NCBI GenBank assembly: GCA_905178155.1
Contig: CAJINV010000019.1
Coordinates: 852,913 to 916,912, forward strand
Direction of reading: 5' to 3'
Length of the DNA stretch: 64,000 nucleotides
Source of the DNA: Amoebophrya sp. A120
Taxonomy: Eukaryota; Protista; Dinoflagellata
The notes below the pieces were generated by a model, which saw only the letters and a program-made list of their open reading frames with translations, ran no database searches and was not told the origin of the DNA. Both the position numbers and the translations under genes were made by a program. This document shows, one piece after another, positions 60,889 through 64,000 of this stretch; position 1 is the stretch's first letter, and each line of letters opens with the position of its first letter.

Positions 60889-62260
60889 GTCTTGCTTCTT
60901 TAGAGAGGAAAACAAAATCAAAAAAGCGGCCAATACCAGTTACAAGAAAGACCTTATCAAAAAAATAAAACCGCAAGTAAAAACAATTTGCGATCGCCAT
61001 TTTGTTCAGGACCCTCAGCTCTCCGACATTCTTGCAGTCCTCGCACGATCATAGGACTGAACGACCTCAATGTTGTTCCCAGAGAGATCCAAATCCGCTC
61101 CTCTCGCTTTCACTAAGCACTCCTTTTCCCTGAGAAGAAGTTCCCACGTAATTTTCAGCTCTCCTGCTCTCTCCACACGAAACAACCAGAACAATCGATC
61201 TATTTCACTTTACAGCAGACGCTGGCTCGGATTCGAGAGGAGGGACAGCTGTGCTTGTGGCCACGCAACATCGTCGAGAGCCACAACGAGATGATCTTCG
61301 AAGAGGGAAAACCTTCGCTGTCTTCTTGGAATCTTCGTGTGTGACTCAGACAACAATCAAAACAAGCACTTCAGCAAATTTTGCGAAAAATCCACTGTAG
61401 TAGTCACCTCCGTCTTGCAATGGATTTTAAAACTCGGCCTGAAAAACCTCGGGACCTTCAAGAACCATCCCTTCACAATTCCTCCGCCTTTGTGTTCTTC
61501 TCAGCACCTCCAGGCCGCCGCGCTCCGACTTCAAATTTTTCCGGCCTTGGACCATATAATCTTAGTGGAAATTTAGTAGTAAGCGACGACGAAGGGTCGT
61601 GTAAGTAGTTTTAGTTGTCTTCAGGTCGTGCTTCTTCTGAGAGCGGCCAGCGCCATTTGGCATTTACACAGACCTTATCAAATAAAAACCGCAAGTAGAA
61701 ACAATTTTCGATTGCCATTTTGTCCAATGTCTCTTCGTTCCGACATTGCAGTCCCTCTTCGCAAAAGCAGACTATGGTGCTTCAATTTTGTCTCCTGAGG
61801 GCTCCAAATCCACTCATCTCGCTTTAACTACTCCTTTGCGCTGGGAAGAAATTCCTTAGTTTTCAGCTCTCCTGCTCTCTACACACGAAACAGCCAGAAC
61901 AATCGATCTATTTCACTTTACAGCAGACGCTGGCTCTGATTCGAAACAGCTGTGCTTGCGGCCACGCAACACCGTCCAGAGCCACATCAACCTCAACCTC
62001 AACGAGCCGATCTTCGCACGGGAAAATAAACCTTCGCTGTCTTCTTGGAATCTTCGTGTGTGATTCAGACAAGAATCATCAAGACCAGCACTTCTGTGAA
62101 CTTGGCGAAAAATCCACTGTAGTAGTCACCTCCGTCTTGCAATTGATTCTAAAACTCGGCCTGAAAAAACTAACTCGTCGCCTTCAAGAACTCGTGCACA
62201 AGACCATCCCTTCACAATTCCTCCGCCTTTGCGTTCTTCTCGACTTCAAATTTTTCCGGC
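60889..62260. repeat. Diverged tandem duplication (~0.65 kb x2) of the oxygenase 3' end and downstream region
   Basis: 60889-61546 vs 61624-62260 share long blocks, e.g. aacaatcgatctatttcactttacagcagacgctggctc and aaaatccactgtagtagtcacctccgtcttgcaa. Confidence 0.85.
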
Positions 62261-64000
62261 CACCCCCTCGGGCGGTAGTGGATGAAGACGTTGGCAAATT
62301 CCCGGCCCGGGAAGGGTGTCGGCCGCCCGTGCGGTAGCGTTGCCGACTCGTACAGAATGATCTGCCCCGCCTTGTTGGGCACGTACTTCGTTTCCCCACT
62401 GTGCGTCACCACCTGCATATGGAGTAAAAAAAGTTCGTCATCATAGTCACTGACTTGCAGTTTTTGCATGAGATTTTTTTATTTTTGCATCACAGGTTTT
62501 TCGTGTATTGCTATTGCACAATTACAAGAGAAATCCCATGTAAAATTAGACTGTGATGCATTTTTACATATGACAGAAATCTTCGCATTGCCAAAACGCG
62601 CATGAGTGATCGTGACGAATTTTTTTTGTTCGTCCATACTGCAACGGCCAGCTGTGGTCGTAGGTCTGCTCCATGCCGTGATACTGATCGTCCGGAAACC
62701 CAAACTCCAGATGGCCCACCTCCACAATGGCGCTGATTGCGTGCGTGTCGCGCCGGTCGTATGAACTGCAAAAGTATCGTACTCGTACAAATGCATCAGC
62801 ATTACAAGTTTCATCAGCGTGAGAAATAAAATTTGCAAATGCTGATTTACCTTGAAAAGAGAGATTTGCACTATATGCATGAATGCAATACGAGTGCGAT
62901 GCTTTTGCACAGGATAGGTCGCCGTGCATCCGCATTTCGGAGTTTTGTCGGTACAGTCGGGTTATGAAATGCAAAAGCATCGTCCTCGTATAATTGCAAT
63001 CATGCATTACAAATCTTTTCCCTGAGGCTGCCGCTGAGGTACGTCAGCATTACATTTCTCATGCTGAGGAAATTTGTAATGCGTTTATACGAGTACGATA
63101 CTTTTGCACTGCATACGGATGCCGTACAACGCCGTCATCTCTAGTTCACTCGCCTCGAACCCCGTCCACTTTGCCACCACCGGCTGCATGACTGCCTGCA
63201 ACCTGTTCTTCAGGTCCTGGCGGAGCTCCACGAGCCACATGTCCGTTTTGCACGCCGGAATCGCCCCGTCGAGCCACCTGGTTTTCTCCGGTTTCGCGAG
63301 TTTGTTGCGGTTTTGCTGCCAAAACGCGCGGATGTCCCGCAACAACTCCGGGTCCGGGAAGTCTTGCACCTCGAAGCCCTCGGGCGTGAATTTCCGAAAT
63401 TCTTGCGTCTGCCTCCACATCTGCTGCATGTCCTCGTCGTGCGTTTTCTTCAATTCTTTCTCGTACTCCAAATTCAGCAGAATGTCGGTCAACGCGGTTC
63501 CGCCGGTGTGGTTGTAATAGGTACTGTGCTGCGAAATTGTATGGACAGAGGATGTTGTTGCAGCAACACTTCTACTAGCTCCTTCTATCGGCGAAGCAAA
63601 CGGGGCAATAAACCCTGGGGGCCAAATCGTGGTCAGGAACGGCGCTAGAGTAGACGACGCACTGGTGCCACTGTCGGCAGATGACAGGGAAATCGTTCCT
63701 GGATACTTGAATCTGCACCGGGTCGGGTTATAGTCTCGCGGGCTGTTCATTCGGTCGCAGAAGTGCGCGCGGTCGGCGTCGTCTTTTGCCAGCTGTCTCC
63801 GGCACTCGCGTCGCCAGTCTCCCACGGCTTTCTCCCATTTTTCCCCAGCGAAAAACTGCTCTTCCGTCGGCCGGTCCACCCAATCGACATCGCAATGGAT
63901 GGCGTTGTCGCTTTGATTCTCCAAGCCCTCGCTGGTTGCACTAGCTCCACCGTCGGCACAGGTACAGACCACGGCGCCGCTTTTCGCACCCTGCTTCACC
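62212..64000 (-). CDS. 2OG-Fe(II) oxygenase (prolyl-hydroxylase-like), 5' end probably outside the window
   Basis: After removing 3 introners: YGIRLYRQNSEMRMHGDRRDTHAISAI...WPLQV...GQIILYESATLPHGRP...ANVFIHY; ends AEEL (KDEL-like). Confidence 0.8.
62418..62638. mobile_element. Introner family J (TIR tatgga...aaaaaa.ttcgtca)
   Basis: DR ctgca; restores WPLQVVTH. Confidence 0.88.
62760..62916. mobile_element. Introner family A
   Basis: DR ggtcg; at the HxD motif (MHGDRR). Confidence 0.9.
62963..63115. mobile_element. Introner family A
   Basis: DR cgggt/cggat; restores YGIRLY. Confidence 0.9.

Noticed and set aside
62418-62638. Canonical GT-AG intron (ca|gtatgg...tgcag|)
   Set aside because: Using these GT and AG removes one base too many and gives an immediate stop; the TIR + ctgca DR rule restores the frame.

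Overview
Eukaryotic (alveolate) genomic DNA, most likely from the parasitic dinoflagellate Amoebophrya (inferred from gene content and intron architecture). About 12 genes lie head-to-tail on the minus strand, including prohibitin 2, a RagC/D GTPase, a BRAP/ETP1 RING + zf-UBP ligase, a secreted NHL-repeat protein, JMJD6, an apicomplexan-type cGMP-dependent protein kinase and a 2OG-Fe(II) oxygenase. Their coding exons are interrupted by 58 MITE-like non-canonical introns (introner elements, about 145-325 bp, around 10 sequence families). Almost all start TAT and end ATA, carry terminal inverted repeats (TIRs) and a 5-bp direct repeat (DR), and lack GT-AG ends. Removing the element plus one DR copy restored the reading frame at all but one junction I checked. 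Copies of the same family occur in both orientations, and different families share an internal GCAT(G/T/C)ACAA motif. Three introners carry nested insertions: a 4-kb LINE, an 814-bp GC-rich element and a 98-bp structured segment. Also present are a TA-flanked 1.9-kb TIR element, a retroposed repeat with a telomere-like end and a tandem duplication of about 0.65 kb.
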